This document shows positions 36,304-47,499 of a DNA stretch of 64,000 bases, piece by piece. The stretch is taken from NCBI GenBank assembly GCA_035389185.1, contig DAOORK010000001.1, positions 510,218-574,217 of the forward strand. Direction: 5' to 3'. A program made the translations under genes and the position numbers. Numbering within the stretch: the stretch's first letter is position 1; the number at the start of each line of letters is the position of its first letter. Origin of the DNA: Candidatus Woesebacteria bacterium. GTDB lineage: Bacteria; Patescibacteriota; Microgenomatia; UBA1400; MFAQ01. Below the pieces are notes generated by a model that saw nothing but the letters and a program-made list of their open reading frames with translations, was not told the DNA's origin and did not search any database.

Positions 36304-37373
36304 ATCCGGTAATGATGATTACCGTGGCTCCATTTGTATTGTCACTTGTTATCAGTTTGATGATGACCCCCCTAACAATTGCTTGGTTTAAGAAAAAGGG
36401 ATGGATGATTGACCCGAAGAAAACTCCCCATCCGGCACATATTCATAAGGAGCCGGTTCCCAAAGGCGGAGGTATTCCCATTTTTTTGGCAGTGACGATC
36501 ACAATGCTGCTTCTTTTGAGGCCAGATCGACATCTGATTGCTATCTGTTTGGCAGGACTGGTGGCTTTGATTGTGGGTGTGATTGACGACATCAAGAGTT
36601 CAAGTCCTTACTTACGTTTGCTGATGAACTTTGTGGTGACCTTGATTATTGTGGCCTCGGGTATTGGAATTGCTTACATTACAAATCCTTTGGGGGGAGT
36701 GATTGATCTCTCTTGGCCAAGACTGGGTCTTGACCTGCTCGGCAAACACCATGAGATATGGATTTTGGCTGATCTGTTTGCTTTGCTGTGGATTCCGTCA
36801 TTGATGAACGCAATTAACTGGTCTTCGGGAGTTGATGGTCAAATTAGCGGGGTAGTGACCGTGGCCGCCATTACCTTGGGTTTGATTTCTTTAAACTTTA
36901 GCGCGGATATTACGCAGTGGCCGGTAGCAACACTGGCTTTTGCGACGGCTGGGGCTTTTGCCGGATTAACGGTATTCCATTTTTATCCTCAAAAGATAAT
37001 GCCCGGCTACTCGGCGACCTCACTGGCAGGTTTGTATCTTGGGGTGGTGTCTATCTTGGCAACAGCAAAAGTGGGGGCATTGATCATTGTTTTGGGAATA
37101 CCCCTCATTGATTTTGCTTATTTGACAGTTAAGAGGATCGTGTCCGGAAAAGCTCCGGTATGGGGAGACAAAAGTCATCTGCACCACAAATTATTGGCCA
37201 TGGGGTGGGGAAAACGAAGAATTTCGTTGTTTTATTGGATGGCAGCAGTAGTCCTCGGGGTGGCTGCTTTGAGCTTTGAAGCTAGAACAAAGCTTATAAT
37301 CATGATAGGATTGGTAGTATTAATGATGGTTTTCTGGATATGGCAATACTTCTCGCATTATTCAAAACAGTAA
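36300..37373 (+). CDS. MraY/WecA-family polyprenyl-phosphate sugar-1-phosphate transferase
   Basis: PKGGG, GVIDD, NAINW..GVDG, HLHH. Confidence 0.9.
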   Translation: MNPVMMITVAPFVLSLVISLMMTPLTIAWFKKKGWMIDPKKTPHPAHIHKEPVPKGGGIPIFLAVTITMLLLLRPDRHLIAICLAGLVALIVGVIDDIKSSSPYLRLLMNFVVTLIIVASGIGIAYITNPLGGVIDLSWPRLGLDLLGKHHEIWILADLFALLWIPSLMNAINWSSGVDGQISGVVTVAAITLGLISLNFSADITQWPVATLAFATAGAFAGLTVFHFYPQKIMPGYSATSLAGLYLGVVSILATAKVGALIIVLGIPLIDFAYLTVKRIVSGKAPVWGDKSHLHHKLLAMGWGKRRISLFYWMAAVVLGVAALSFEARTKLIIMIGLVVLMMVFWIWQYFSHYSKQ

Positions 37374-38272
37374 GACCGAGACAGTGGCTAAAAAACTTAG
37401 CTCTGTATGCGGCTCTGGTTTTTACGGGAATGCTGTTTACAGAAGGAGCTTTTGGTTTGGTTACTCAGGCAGTATTGGTGTTTATTGTTTTGTCTAGCAG
37501 TACCTATATCTTCAACGATTTGGTGGATGTGAGGGCCGATAGATTGCATCCATATAAAAAAAGAAGACCGATCGCATCCGGGGCATTACCCGTTCCGGTG
37601 GCTGTGTTGGTGCTGGTTTTGGGAGTAGTACTCGGTTTGACTTGGGCTTATGGTCTGAATAGTTATTTTTTCATTTGCTGTTTAGTTTATTTGGGCGTGC
37701 AGGTACTTTATTCGGGATATCTAAAGAAAGTAGCTATTATGGACGTGATTGTGATTGCCTTTGGGTATCTGATACGGGCATATGCGGGAGCATTTGTAAT
37801 ATCTGCCCATATGGATGTGTGGTTTTTGTTAACGATGATTTCGGTGTCTTTGTTTTTGGCTGTAGGAAAGAGAAGAGGAGAGATGACTTTACTGATGTCT
37901 CGAGGAGAAGGGGTGGCTACCAGAGAAGCCTTGAAGCGATATACCGAGAAATTGTTGGACATTTATACGGCCATGTTTGCTACAGCAACATGGATAACTT
38001 ATGCACTGTTTACCTTCAACCACCCAAAGATTGTGCCCGACGGCAGAGCTTTATCGATGATTTCCTTACTGCCAAAAACGCTAATATCCGAAAAATGGAT
38101 GATGGCTACGATTCCTTTTGTGGTCTACGGAATCATGAGGTATTTACAGTTGATTTACGAGAAAAACGAGGGGGAAAGTCCGGAGAGAGTGCTTTTGTCC
38201 GACAAACCCTTGATTATTACCGTCCTTTTGTGGGGGATAGTAACAATCGGAGTGCTTTACTATATTGCCTGA
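37340..38272 (+). CDS. UbiA-family prenyltransferase (decaprenyl-phosphate phosphoribosyltransferase-like)
   Basis: RPRQWLKN, YIFNDLVD..DRLHP.K..RPIASG, GKRRGE. Confidence 0.9.
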   Translation: MAILLALFKTVRPRQWLKNLALYAALVFTGMLFTEGAFGLVTQAVLVFIVLSSSTYIFNDLVDVRADRLHPYKKRRPIASGALPVPVAVLVLVLGVVLGLTWAYGLNSYFFICCLVYLGVQVLYSGYLKKVAIMDVIVIAFGYLIRAYAGAFVISAHMDVWFLLTMISVSLFLAVGKRRGEMTLLMSRGEGVATREALKRYTEKLLDIYTAMFATATWITYALFTFNHPKIVPDGRALSMISLLPKTLISEKWMMATIPFVVYGIMRYLQLIYEKNEGESPERVLLSDKPLIITVLLWGIVTIGVLYYIA

Positions 38273-38274
38273 GT

Positions 38275-39153
38275 TTATTTCACTAGTTTGGCGTAGGTGG
38301 TAGAGACGTATCCCCATTCACCGTCGGTGTATTCGATGTAGTACCAGCCAGTAGTGTCAGATTCTTTGTAGGGGAATTTGTCACCGGGATTGACCTTAGC
38401 AAGCTCATTGGCAGATGTGGAAGCGGATTCACGGACTTTGAGCCAACCGGTTGGAGTAGTAAGAATCTCGACATAAGGTTTGGCAACAACGGCCGAAGAG
38501 GTGGCTTGTTTGGGAAGAGGAGTGACTGTGGTATTTTTGCTCAAAGTTGGCGTGGCTGAAGGAGTGGCAATGGTGGGTGTGGGGGTAGGGGTGATGTCCA
38601 GAGCCGCCATAGTGAAGTTTAGGAGCAAACGATAACCAGGCTGAACATTGGCATTGATGATTTTGTCTTGGTAACCTGGAGCAGTAAAGGTAAAGACGTG
38701 GGGACCAGAGTCAATATCAATATTTAGAGGAGTAAAGTCGTTTGGCTGACCATCAATACTGGTCGTGGCATTTGAAGGTAGACTAACAACACTTACGGCC
38801 GAAGCCTTGCTACTACTGAGCTTTTCAAAAGAGAGTGAGTAACTATGTGATTTATCTTGGGTTTCACCAAACTCACGATGAACTGTGGACAGAGTGCCAC
38901 CTAAGAGATTTATCTTGGTTTCCCATGTCTGGCCGCTATCAATGGCTGTCATTTGAATCGTGTAGCTACCGGCGTTTTTGTTAGCAGCGTAGTAAGGGGT
39001 TTTGCCGACGGACTCACCGTTTATCACGACATTAGCGTCGGGATGGGCAGTGACTTGAATACCGGCTTTTTTGGCGAAGGGATTGAGATTGCACCCAGCG
39101 AGAAGAAGAGAGAATACGGAGACGGCTACGAGCCTAAAATAGTTAGTCTTCAT
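38275..39153 (-). CDS. PEGA- and SH3-domain lipoprotein
   Basis: Lipobox LAGC; two PEGA-like repeats (GKTP, FTP); TPTGWLKVR..GWY..GYV SH3. Confidence 0.85.
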   Translation of the reverse strand: MKTNYFRLVAVSVFSLLLAGCNLNPFAKKAGIQVTAHPDANVVINGESVGKTPYYAANKNAGSYTIQMTAIDSGQTWETKINLLGGTLSTVHREFGETQDKSHSYSLSFEKLSSSKASAVSVVSLPSNATTSIDGQPNDFTPLNIDIDSGPHVFTFTAPGYQDKIINANVQPGYRLLLNFTMAALDITPTPTPTIATPSATPTLSKNTTVTPLPKQATSSAVVAKPYVEILTTPTGWLKVRESASTSANELAKVNPGDKFPYKESDTTGWYYIEYTDGEWGYVSTTYAKLVK

Positions 39154-39205
39154 TTGTGTTTATGATAGCAGATTGTGTCAAGAAGGTGAGTAGAAGATTA
39201 TATTG

Positions 39206-39277
39206 AGGCCGGAGAGGGAATCGAACCCTCGCATGGAGGTTTTGCAGACCTCAGCGTTACCACTTCGCCATCCGGCC
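39206..39277 (-). tRNA. tRNA-Cys(GCA)
   Basis: GGCCGGA acceptor stem, anticodon arm GAGGT-CTGCAAA-ACCTC, GGTTCGATTCC T-arm, U discriminator; CCA not encoded. Confidence 0.95.
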
Positions 39278-39349
39278 ACTTCAGGCACTATTTTATCATT
39301 TATGAATGATATTGATAGAGAAAGCTGGCTTTTGGGTAAAAAATGGGTG

Positions 39350-40435
39350 TTAGTAGAGCTCTCCGGCTTTGATGGTTTCCTCAATGAGGCGGTTGGCATA
39401 GCCCCATTCATTGTCGTACCAAGCCAGAACTTTGACGAGGGTGCCATCAACAACACGAGTCATGTCGAGGTCGACAATGCTGGATTCCGGACGGCCAACA
39501 ATATCGGAGGAGACAAGGGGTTCATCGGTGACGGCTAAGATACCGCGGTAGCGAGGGTCGCTTGCAGCGTCGATAAAGATATCGTTTATTTCTTCAACAG
39601 AAGTGGAGCGACGAGTAACGAAGGTAAAGTCGGTGATAGAACCGGTGATGACGGGTACACGAAGAGAGATACCATCAAAAAGACCCTGGAGCTCGGGAAT
39701 TGCTTGAGTAGCAGCTATGGCGGCACCGGTAGATGTAGGAACGATGTTTTGGGCGGCTGCACGGGCCCTTCTGAGATCTTTGTGCGAATTATCTTGGAGA
39801 TTTTGGTCATCGGTGTAACCGTGAACCGTGGTGAGCATGGCTTGGAGAATGCCAATTTTGGAGTGAAGAATATCGGCGACCGGGGCAACACTATTGGTGG
39901 TACAGGAAGCGTTACTGATTACCGAAATTGTGCTTGTACGATCTTTGGTGAGTACTTCATTTTCGTTGACCCCGAGAACAGCCGTGGGGACACCTTTGCC
40001 CTTGGCTGGGGCGGAGAGGATAACGACACGTGCACCACCTTGGAGGTGAAGAACTGCCTTATCGAGGCTGGTGAAAGCCCCTGTGGACTCGATAACTACC
40101 TCGGTACCGTATTCAACCCAAGGAATCTTGGCTGGGTCACGCTGGGCGAGAACAGAAATCTTGAAAGTCTTCGAGGGTAGCTCCACTGTGAGATAGCCAA
40201 TGAGGGGTTTGGCCTCGGTTGCTTCTTTGGGATCTTGAACTTCTTCGGTAGAGATAGTGTAGGGGAGAATACCGTAAGCAGTGTCGTAGCGCAAAAGGTG
40301 AGCCCAGCCAGCCACGTTAAGGGATCCTGAAGTATTGATGGCGACAAGATTGGCTTCGTGAGTATGGCTTTGAAGCCAGACTCTTGCGGCTGAACGACCA
40401 ATCCTTCCAAAACCGTTAATCGAAAAATTAACCAT
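39350..40435 (-). CDS. gap: Glyceraldehyde-3-phosphate dehydrogenase
   Basis: INGFGRIGR, SNASCTTN, WYDNEWGY. Confidence 0.97.
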   Translation of the reverse strand: MVNFSINGFGRIGRSAARVWLQSHTHEANLVAINTSGSLNVAGWAHLLRYDTAYGILPYTISTEEVQDPKEATEAKPLIGYLTVELPSKTFKISVLAQRDPAKIPWVEYGTEVVIESTGAFTSLDKAVLHLQGGARVVILSAPAKGKGVPTAVLGVNENEVLTKDRTSTISVISNASCTTNSVAPVADILHSKIGILQAMLTTVHGYTDDQNLQDNSHKDLRRARAAAQNIVPTSTGAAIAATQAIPELQGLFDGISLRVPVITGSITDFTFVTRRSTSVEEINDIFIDAASDPRYRGILAVTDEPLVSSDIVGRPESSIVDLDMTRVVDGTLVKVLAWYDNEWGYANRLIEETIKAGELY

Positions 40436-40453
40436 AGGGCAAGCAAAATATAA

Positions 40454-41431
40454 CTAATTCAGTTTAACATTTTTGAGGACTTCCAGAAGGGGATGAGTGC
40501 CTTGAGCCAGGAAATCGAGCATAGCACCTCCTCCGGTACTGACAAAGCTAAAGGAGGCATATGAGAAGCCTAGGAAGGGTATCGCCGCAAGAGTGTCACC
40601 CCCGCCAATCACCGAGAACGCACCAGAGTCAATTATGGCCTGGAGAATGACTTTGGTTGACTGAGAGTGAGTCCCATCTTCATAGGCTCCTAAGGGACCA
40701 TTGAGAACGATGGTTTTGGCTTTGGCAATCTCACCAACAAAGCGGGAGGTGGTTTCCGGAGTAAGATCGAGACCATCTGGGGTACGATCTGTGCGTGGAG
40801 CAAGAACACCACCAAGAAGAGTCTGATCAAACTGGGGAGTGATTTTGTTGATGATTTCGAGCTTGTCTTGCTTGGCACCTGAGGCTATTAAAAGAGTGGG
40901 GTGAAGGGGATTACTCAGAACATTCTTGAGCGTGGCCACCTCCTGATCGAACCTAAATCCGGTGAAGGTTGGTAAAACTTCGGGTATTAGGGTCAAACTG
41001 GTCGAATTTCGGTAATTTGCGAATGATTCATAAATATAAATGTCAGCCCCTTCGGCCAGTTCTTGTGCAAATCCCCTATCAATTTTTTCTTCACGAAAAT
41101 CAAAGCGCAAATTTTCTTGGAGGACCAGGGGGGATTCCCCTCCCCACCTCTCCCCTGGAGAAATACCCGAAACTAATAATGGAATATCTTGATTCAGCAA
41201 TCTTTTTAGACTTTCTGCTACCGGGGCGAGGCTAAAATGAGGATCCTCTCCTGCCGGCCTGCCTAGATGGCCAATAATAATGGTTTTACGAGCGTGTTGA
41301 AGGCAGAACTTGAGGGTTGGAAGAAGCGAACGAAGACGATAATCGTTGTCTACCTTCCCCTCTTTGAGAGGTAGATCGAGATCGGCACGAAGTAAAACAT
41401 TTTTATTTTGGATGTTTTCTATAGTCAGCAT
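40454..41431 (-). CDS. pgk: Phosphoglycerate kinase (compact)
   Basis: GHLGRP, ENLRF, GGGDT, STGGGA. Confidence 0.92.
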   Translation of the reverse strand: MLTIENIQNKNVLLRADLDLPLKEGKVDNDYRLRSLLPTLKFCLQHARKTIIIGHLGRPAGEDPHFSLAPVAESLKRLLNQDIPLLVSGISPGERWGGESPLVLQENLRFDFREEKIDRGFAQELAEGADIYIYESFANYRNSTSLTLIPEVLPTFTGFRFDQEVATLKNVLSNPLHPTLLIASGAKQDKLEIINKITPQFDQTLLGGVLAPRTDRTPDGLDLTPETTSRFVGEIAKAKTIVLNGPLGAYEDGTHSQSTKVILQAIIDSGAFSVIGGGDTLAAIPFLGFSYASFSFVSTGGGAMLDFLAQGTHPLLEVLKNVKLN

Positions 41432-41457
41432 AACTAAGATAAGGATATACTAATCTT

Positions 41458-42090
41458 ATGGAAAATAGTGGTATTGAATTACAGGCTAAGGTTGAAGGCA
41501 AATTGAGCGAGAACGATAAAAGGCAGATCATGGATGAAATGCTGCTTACCCTGAGAAGATCAAAAGACAACCTGACAAGTTACTGTGAGGAACACCGAAA
41601 AGAAAAGACCTGGCTGACTCAGGAACTTGATGACAGGGCAAGAGAAGAGTCAACGAAGAGATTGGCTGATTTTGTGAAGGAAAAGATTGCCGACAAGAGT
41701 GAGTTGGGGGAATTGGTAACTGAAGTGAAAGAAGCGGCAGAAAAAGATGAGATAGCTAAATTGAGATACGTTTTGGAAGACCCTGGTAAAAAAGAGACGG
41801 AAAAAATCTCAGCCTTAAGACAGGCTGGCGAGTGGTTTATTTTACCGGCAGACGTTCTTGAAAAGATTAATTTTTTGATCCCAGATATAAAGGGTAGAAT
41901 AAGCACCATGATGGAAGAGTCTCTGGCTGGAAGCACTCCTCGTGAGGACTATATGAAGATAAGCGGGATTGAGGAATCAACAAGAGTGTTCCTGGATCGA
42001 ATGAAAACTAATACGGAAAAGGAATGGAGTACACAAGGTTTTGATAGAAGACAATGGAACAGTAACCTGGATTTGTTGGCGTCTTCTTAG
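41458..42090 (+). CDS. Charged helical hypothetical protein
   Basis: 210-aa E/K-rich ORF; TATACT 6 nt before the ATG. Confidence 0.6.
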   Translation: MENSGIELQAKVEGKLSENDKRQIMDEMLLTLRRSKDNLTSYCEEHRKEKTWLTQELDDRAREESTKRLADFVKEKIADKSELGELVTEVKEAAEKDEIAKLRYVLEDPGKKETEKISALRQAGEWFILPADVLEKINFLIPDIKGRISTMMEESLAGSTPREDYMKISGIEESTRVFLDRMKTNTEKEWSTQGFDRRQWNSNLDLLASS

Positions 42091-42100
42091 CCCTATAGGT

Positions 42101-42185
42101 TTGACTTTTAACGATTGATATGGTATGATCTAGTCCGCTTGAGAAATTCAAGCTTTTTTTGTACCTAAGGCGGGATATTACCCGC
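42101..42185 (+). promoter_or_regulatory. Promoter and structured leader of the M23 gene
   Basis: TTGACT-17-TATGAT; GCTTGA-GAAAT-TCAAGC-T7; GCGGG-ATATTA-CCCGC. Confidence 0.6.
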
Positions 42186-42189
42186 GTTT

Positions 42190-42786
42190 ATGATACGAAA
42201 CATACTACCAAAAACCAGAACATCTAGTCGCATCTCTAAACTTTTTAGACCGATGTTCGAGAAAAAAAGAATCAAATCCGCTTTGGGCGGAGTGATTTCC
42301 GTGACTTCTTTGGCCTCAGGCTTAATATTTTTACCTATGGACCAAGCTGTAACCGCGGCTAATGTTCAGATCCCCAGTTCAGAACTATCAATGGAAACAA
42401 GCAAGAGTTTTGCTAATGTTTTGCCGGAGTATACAGGTGTATCTCAAAGATTTCACTCTGGACATCCCGGAATTGATCTTACAGCTCCTTTGGGTGCCAA
42501 GATTTTCCCGATTAAGAGCGGTGTGGTCGTTAAGGTTCAGTATTTAAAATACGACTACGGACGTGCTGTGTGGATTGATAGTGGAAATGACATTATTTCT
42601 GTCTATGGACACATGGGTAAGATCTTCGTGGAAGAAGGAGATATTGTAACCACTGATAAGGCTATCGGTGAGGTTGGCTTGACCGGTAAAACAACCGGAC
42701 CACATTTGCATTTGGAGATCCTTAGAGATGGGGTGGCTATTAATCCTTTGCCTTACTTGGCTTTGGGCCCGGTAAACAAGAGATAA
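42190..42786 (+). CDS. M23 family metallopeptidase
   Basis: HPGID, YGHM, TTGPHLHLE. Confidence 0.93.
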   Translation: MIRNILPKTRTSSRISKLFRPMFEKKRIKSALGGVISVTSLASGLIFLPMDQAVTAANVQIPSSELSMETSKSFANVLPEYTGVSQRFHSGHPGIDLTAPLGAKIFPIKSGVVVKVQYLKYDYGRAVWIDSGNDIISVYGHMGKIFVEEGDIVTTDKAIGEVGLTGKTTGPHLHLEILRDGVAINPLPYLALGPVNKR

Positions 42787-42892
42787 ATATTTTCAACAGT
42801 TTTGCACATCGTTTAGATTGATTTATCAGTCAATTCTCTTGTGTGGAAAACTCGTCTTTTTTGTGGAAAAATAGATAAACTATAATAGAGAG

Positions 42893-43993
42893 GTGCGAAA
42901 ACAATTCTTTAAATCCGAAGGGAAGCAAATTCCCCTACCAGTCTTTTTCCCTGATGCAACTCGGGCTGTTTTGCGGACCTTGGATTCGGTGGACATCGAA
43001 AACACCAAAACTCCCGGTATTTTGGTAAATACCTATCACCTCTATTTGGGGCTTGGAAAAGAGATACTTAAAATGCATGGCGGAGTGAGACCTTTTATGA
43101 ACTGGCATGGCGGAGTGATTTCTGATTCCGGTGGGTTTCAGTTGATGTCTTTGGTTAAGGCAAACGGTAATGGCAAGGTTACAGATGAAGGAATCGTTTT
43201 TAGACCGAGCAGAAATAAGAAAATATTGTTTACACCGGAAAAGTCGATAGATTTTCAGATGGCGATAAAACCAGATATGGTAGTGGTACTAGATGACTTT
43301 ACTGATCCAAGAGCAACCTATGAAGAAGCAAAGGAGTCGGTGGAAAGAACTATTGAGTGGGCAAAGAGATCTAAAGCTGAGTTTGAAAAAATCTGTAAGG
43401 ATCGGAAACTAGCTAAAGAAGATAGGCCATATTTGCTGGGAGTGGTCCAGGGCGGAGAGTTTTTGGATCTTAGAGCAGAGTGTACCAAACGACTGGTGGA
43501 GATAGGTTTTGATGGTTTGGGTTATGGAGGCTGGCCGATGAGAGCTGATGGGACTTTTAATTTTGACGTTCCGGCTGTAATGGCTGAAAACTCTCCAGAG
43601 GAGTATATGCTTTATGGCTTGGGTGTCGGGAAACCAGATGAGGTAGCAAAGTGCGCTGCTCTTGGTTTTAATATCTTTGATTGCGTACTCCCTACTCGGG
43701 ATGCAAGGCACGGAAGACTTTATGTGTTTGATGCCGAGTCGATGGACACAATTGATGTTACCAAGGAGAAGTTTTTTCGTTACTATGAACCGGACAAAGA
43801 AAGACATGTGAGGGATATCTCCCCCGTTAGTATGGCTTGCGACTGCTTGCTGTGCAAAAACTACACACGGAGTTATTTAGCACATTTGTTTAAGATCGAA
43901 GACACAACAGCACTGAGGTTGGCAACAATTCACAACTTGCGCTTCTACTCTCTCTTGATGGAAAAAATTAGAGAACAGATCTGGAAGAAATAA
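42893..43993 (+). CDS. tgt: tRNA-guanine transglycosylase
   Basis: NTYHL, DSGGFQ, FDCVLPTR, CDCLLC, HNLRFY. Confidence 0.93.
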   Translation: MRKQFFKSEGKQIPLPVFFPDATRAVLRTLDSVDIENTKTPGILVNTYHLYLGLGKEILKMHGGVRPFMNWHGGVISDSGGFQLMSLVKANGNGKVTDEGIVFRPSRNKKILFTPEKSIDFQMAIKPDMVVVLDDFTDPRATYEEAKESVERTIEWAKRSKAEFEKICKDRKLAKEDRPYLLGVVQGGEFLDLRAECTKRLVEIGFDGLGYGGWPMRADGTFNFDVPAVMAENSPEEYMLYGLGVGKPDEVAKCAALGFNIFDCVLPTRDARHGRLYVFDAESMDTIDVTKEKFFRYYEPDKERHVRDISPVSMACDCLLCKNYTRSYLAHLFKIEDTTALRLATIHNLRFYSLLMEKIREQIWKK

Positions 43994-44019
43994 AAAAGGC
44001 CCCATTGAGGGGCCATTTT
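43992..44019. terminator. Bidirectional terminator
   Basis: A6-GGCCCC-ATTGA-GGGGCC-ATTTT. Confidence 0.75.
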
Positions 44020-44020
44020 G

Positions 44021-44341
44021 TTAATGAACGTGATAGAACTTATTAAGGAGACTGACTAAACTTACGTCTTTTTCACCATATTTTTCGTAACCGCGGATAA
44101 AGCAATGCCATTGGCCATCATGATACTGGATAGTGACGAGATCCTTGGAATCTGCAAAACCAATGCGAAATCGCTGAGAGAAACTACGACCAGGGTGCTT
44201 TTTTTCAAACTTCTGTCTGGCTTCGGCGATGCGGAGAGCAGTTTGGTAGATATAACCGTCAAAGTAATTAGGTGCTGATTGCAGCTGCATTGTTTCAATA
44301 TCGGCAATTTCCTTGTCGAGTGGGCTAGTCAGTTCGGACAT
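44021..44341 (-). CDS. Orphan hypothetical protein
   Basis: 106 aa; AAGGAGG SD; TATAAT at 44373-44378. Confidence 0.65.
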   Translation of the reverse strand: MSELTSPLDKEIADIETMQLQSAPNYFDGYIYQTALRIAEARQKFEKKHPGRSFSQRFRIGFADSKDLVTIQYHDGQWHCFIRGYEKYGEKDVSLVSLLNKFYHVH

Positions 44342-44380
44342 TCGTCCTCCTTGTTAGAGTGCTTTTGGGGTGATTATAAC

Positions 44381-44406
44381 AAAAGAGCCCCAGAAGAGGC
44401 TCTTTG
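44381..44406 (-). terminator. groEL terminator
   Basis: AAAGAGCC..GGCTCTTT stem just after the groEL stop. Confidence 0.7.
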
Positions 44407-44421
44407 CGGATGATGGGTACA

Positions 44422-46358
<1,937 letters not shown>

Positions 46359-46405
46359 AGATAAATTGAATTAATTGTTAAGACTTAAGAGTTGAGTATA
46401 CACTT

Positions 46406-46434
46406 AATAGCACTCTAACTCTATGAGTGCTATT
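46406..46434. promoter_or_regulatory. CIRCE element (HrcA operator)
   Basis: AATAGCACTC-N9-GAGTGCTATT upstream of groES; minus-strand TTGACA at 46455-46460. Confidence 0.92.
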
Positions 46435-46464
46435 TTTACCAATATTTTTGGCGTTGTCAAGGGG

Positions 46465-47499
46465 TTAGAGAGCAGCTCCTTGGAAATTAGGACAGTTGGT
46501 TTTATACCAAGCCATGGCTTCGGTTGAACAAGCAATGGTTTTGGCGGCATCGAGAACGGGCATACAATCAACCCAACCGTTTGTAGGACAGGTGTATTTG
46601 GCATTGTTTGTTCCTGTAAATTTGAATGTGGAGAGAATTTTGACAGTTTGATCTTGATAGTTTTTTTGTTGATCTGGATTAGAAGCAGGATACATGGAAG
46701 TGATTTCATACAGCTTGTCTCCTTTGATGACCATAACAGTTGTCGAGTCGGTAAAACAGTTTTTTGTGGAAAATTGCATTGCCGGTTCATCTGAAATTGT
46801 GGTCTGAATGAGTGGGGAAATAACGGCTTTCCCCGGTTCGGGGCAATTATCGGCATTGTGTTGATGAACATAGTTAGCGGCAGAGGCAAGTGTTTGAGTG
46901 GGCGCTGTATATTCAAAGTTGATGGATATTTTGTAGCCATCCGAAAGTTCTGATTGGGTTCGTCCGGAATCAATTTGGGCCTGACCAATGTAGACAATAT
47001 CGACAATCGGTTTAGAGTTGGTAGACAAGGTTGCATTCGTGGGGTATTTGATCTCGTACTTTCCTACAGAATCGACGTAAGTTTGCCAGTTGGCTGTTGG
47101 GTCAATTGTGGGTGTGGGTGTTTCCGATGGGACAACAATAGTTGGAGTAGGTGTTGGGGTTGGAATAACCGAGGTCCCAGACATCGGAAGGTAGCGGGCG
47201 GCGAGGACACCAATAAGAACTCCAAAAAGAATAAGAGCAATGACAATAAAGAACGTTTTTAGAAAACCGGATTTCTTAGGTGGTTGGGCTGAGAAGGTCG
47301 GTTCCTGGCTCAGAGACTGTGGCTGGGAGATTGTCTCCGATGACGAGGGGTTGGGAGTTGGGGTGCTCTGCCAATTTTGGGGCGGGTTGAATGTTGGGGT
47401 GATTGGCTGGTTCGACTGCTCTGGGTTTGGGAGTTGGTCTTGGAGGTCGGATGACGGGACCGGATTCTGATCGGGGGTGGTGTTGGGGTCTGGATTCAT
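46465..47499 (-). CDS. Membrane-anchored protein with Pro-rich N-terminus and PsbP-like ectodomain
   Basis: TM, PT repeat, WQTY..YEIKYP, KILSTFKF, Cys-rich tail. Confidence 0.7.
   Translation of the reverse strand: MNPDPNTTPDQNPVPSSDLQDQLPNPEQSNQPITPTFNPPQNWQSTPTPNPSSSETISQPQSLSQEPTFSAQPPKKSGFLKTFFIVIALILFGVLIGVLAARYLPMSGTSVIPTPTPTPTIVVPSETPTPTIDPTANWQTYVDSVGKYEIKYPTNATLSTNSKPIVDIVYIGQAQIDSGRTQSELSDGYKISINFEYTAPTQTLASAANYVHQHNADNCPEPGKAVISPLIQTTISDEPAMQFSTKNCFTDSTTVMVIKGDKLYEITSMYPASNPDQQKNYQDQTVKILSTFKFTGTNNAKYTCPTNGWVDCMPVLDAAKTIACSTEAMAWYKTNCPNFQGAAL

Noticed and set aside
39178-39538. ORFs across the tRNA-Cys/gap junction
   Set aside because: Translations of the tRNA and of gap in alternative or antisense frames.
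44353-44363. CIRCE half-site (AGCACTCTAAC) in the leader of the 44341 orphan
   Set aside because: Only one arm is present, with no N9-spaced partner, so it is not a supportable operator.
46404-47036. 210-aa alternative-frame ORF (similarly 37675-38286, 44432-45013, 22367-22936)
   Set aside because: Shadows of well-supported genes, with no recognisable motifs.
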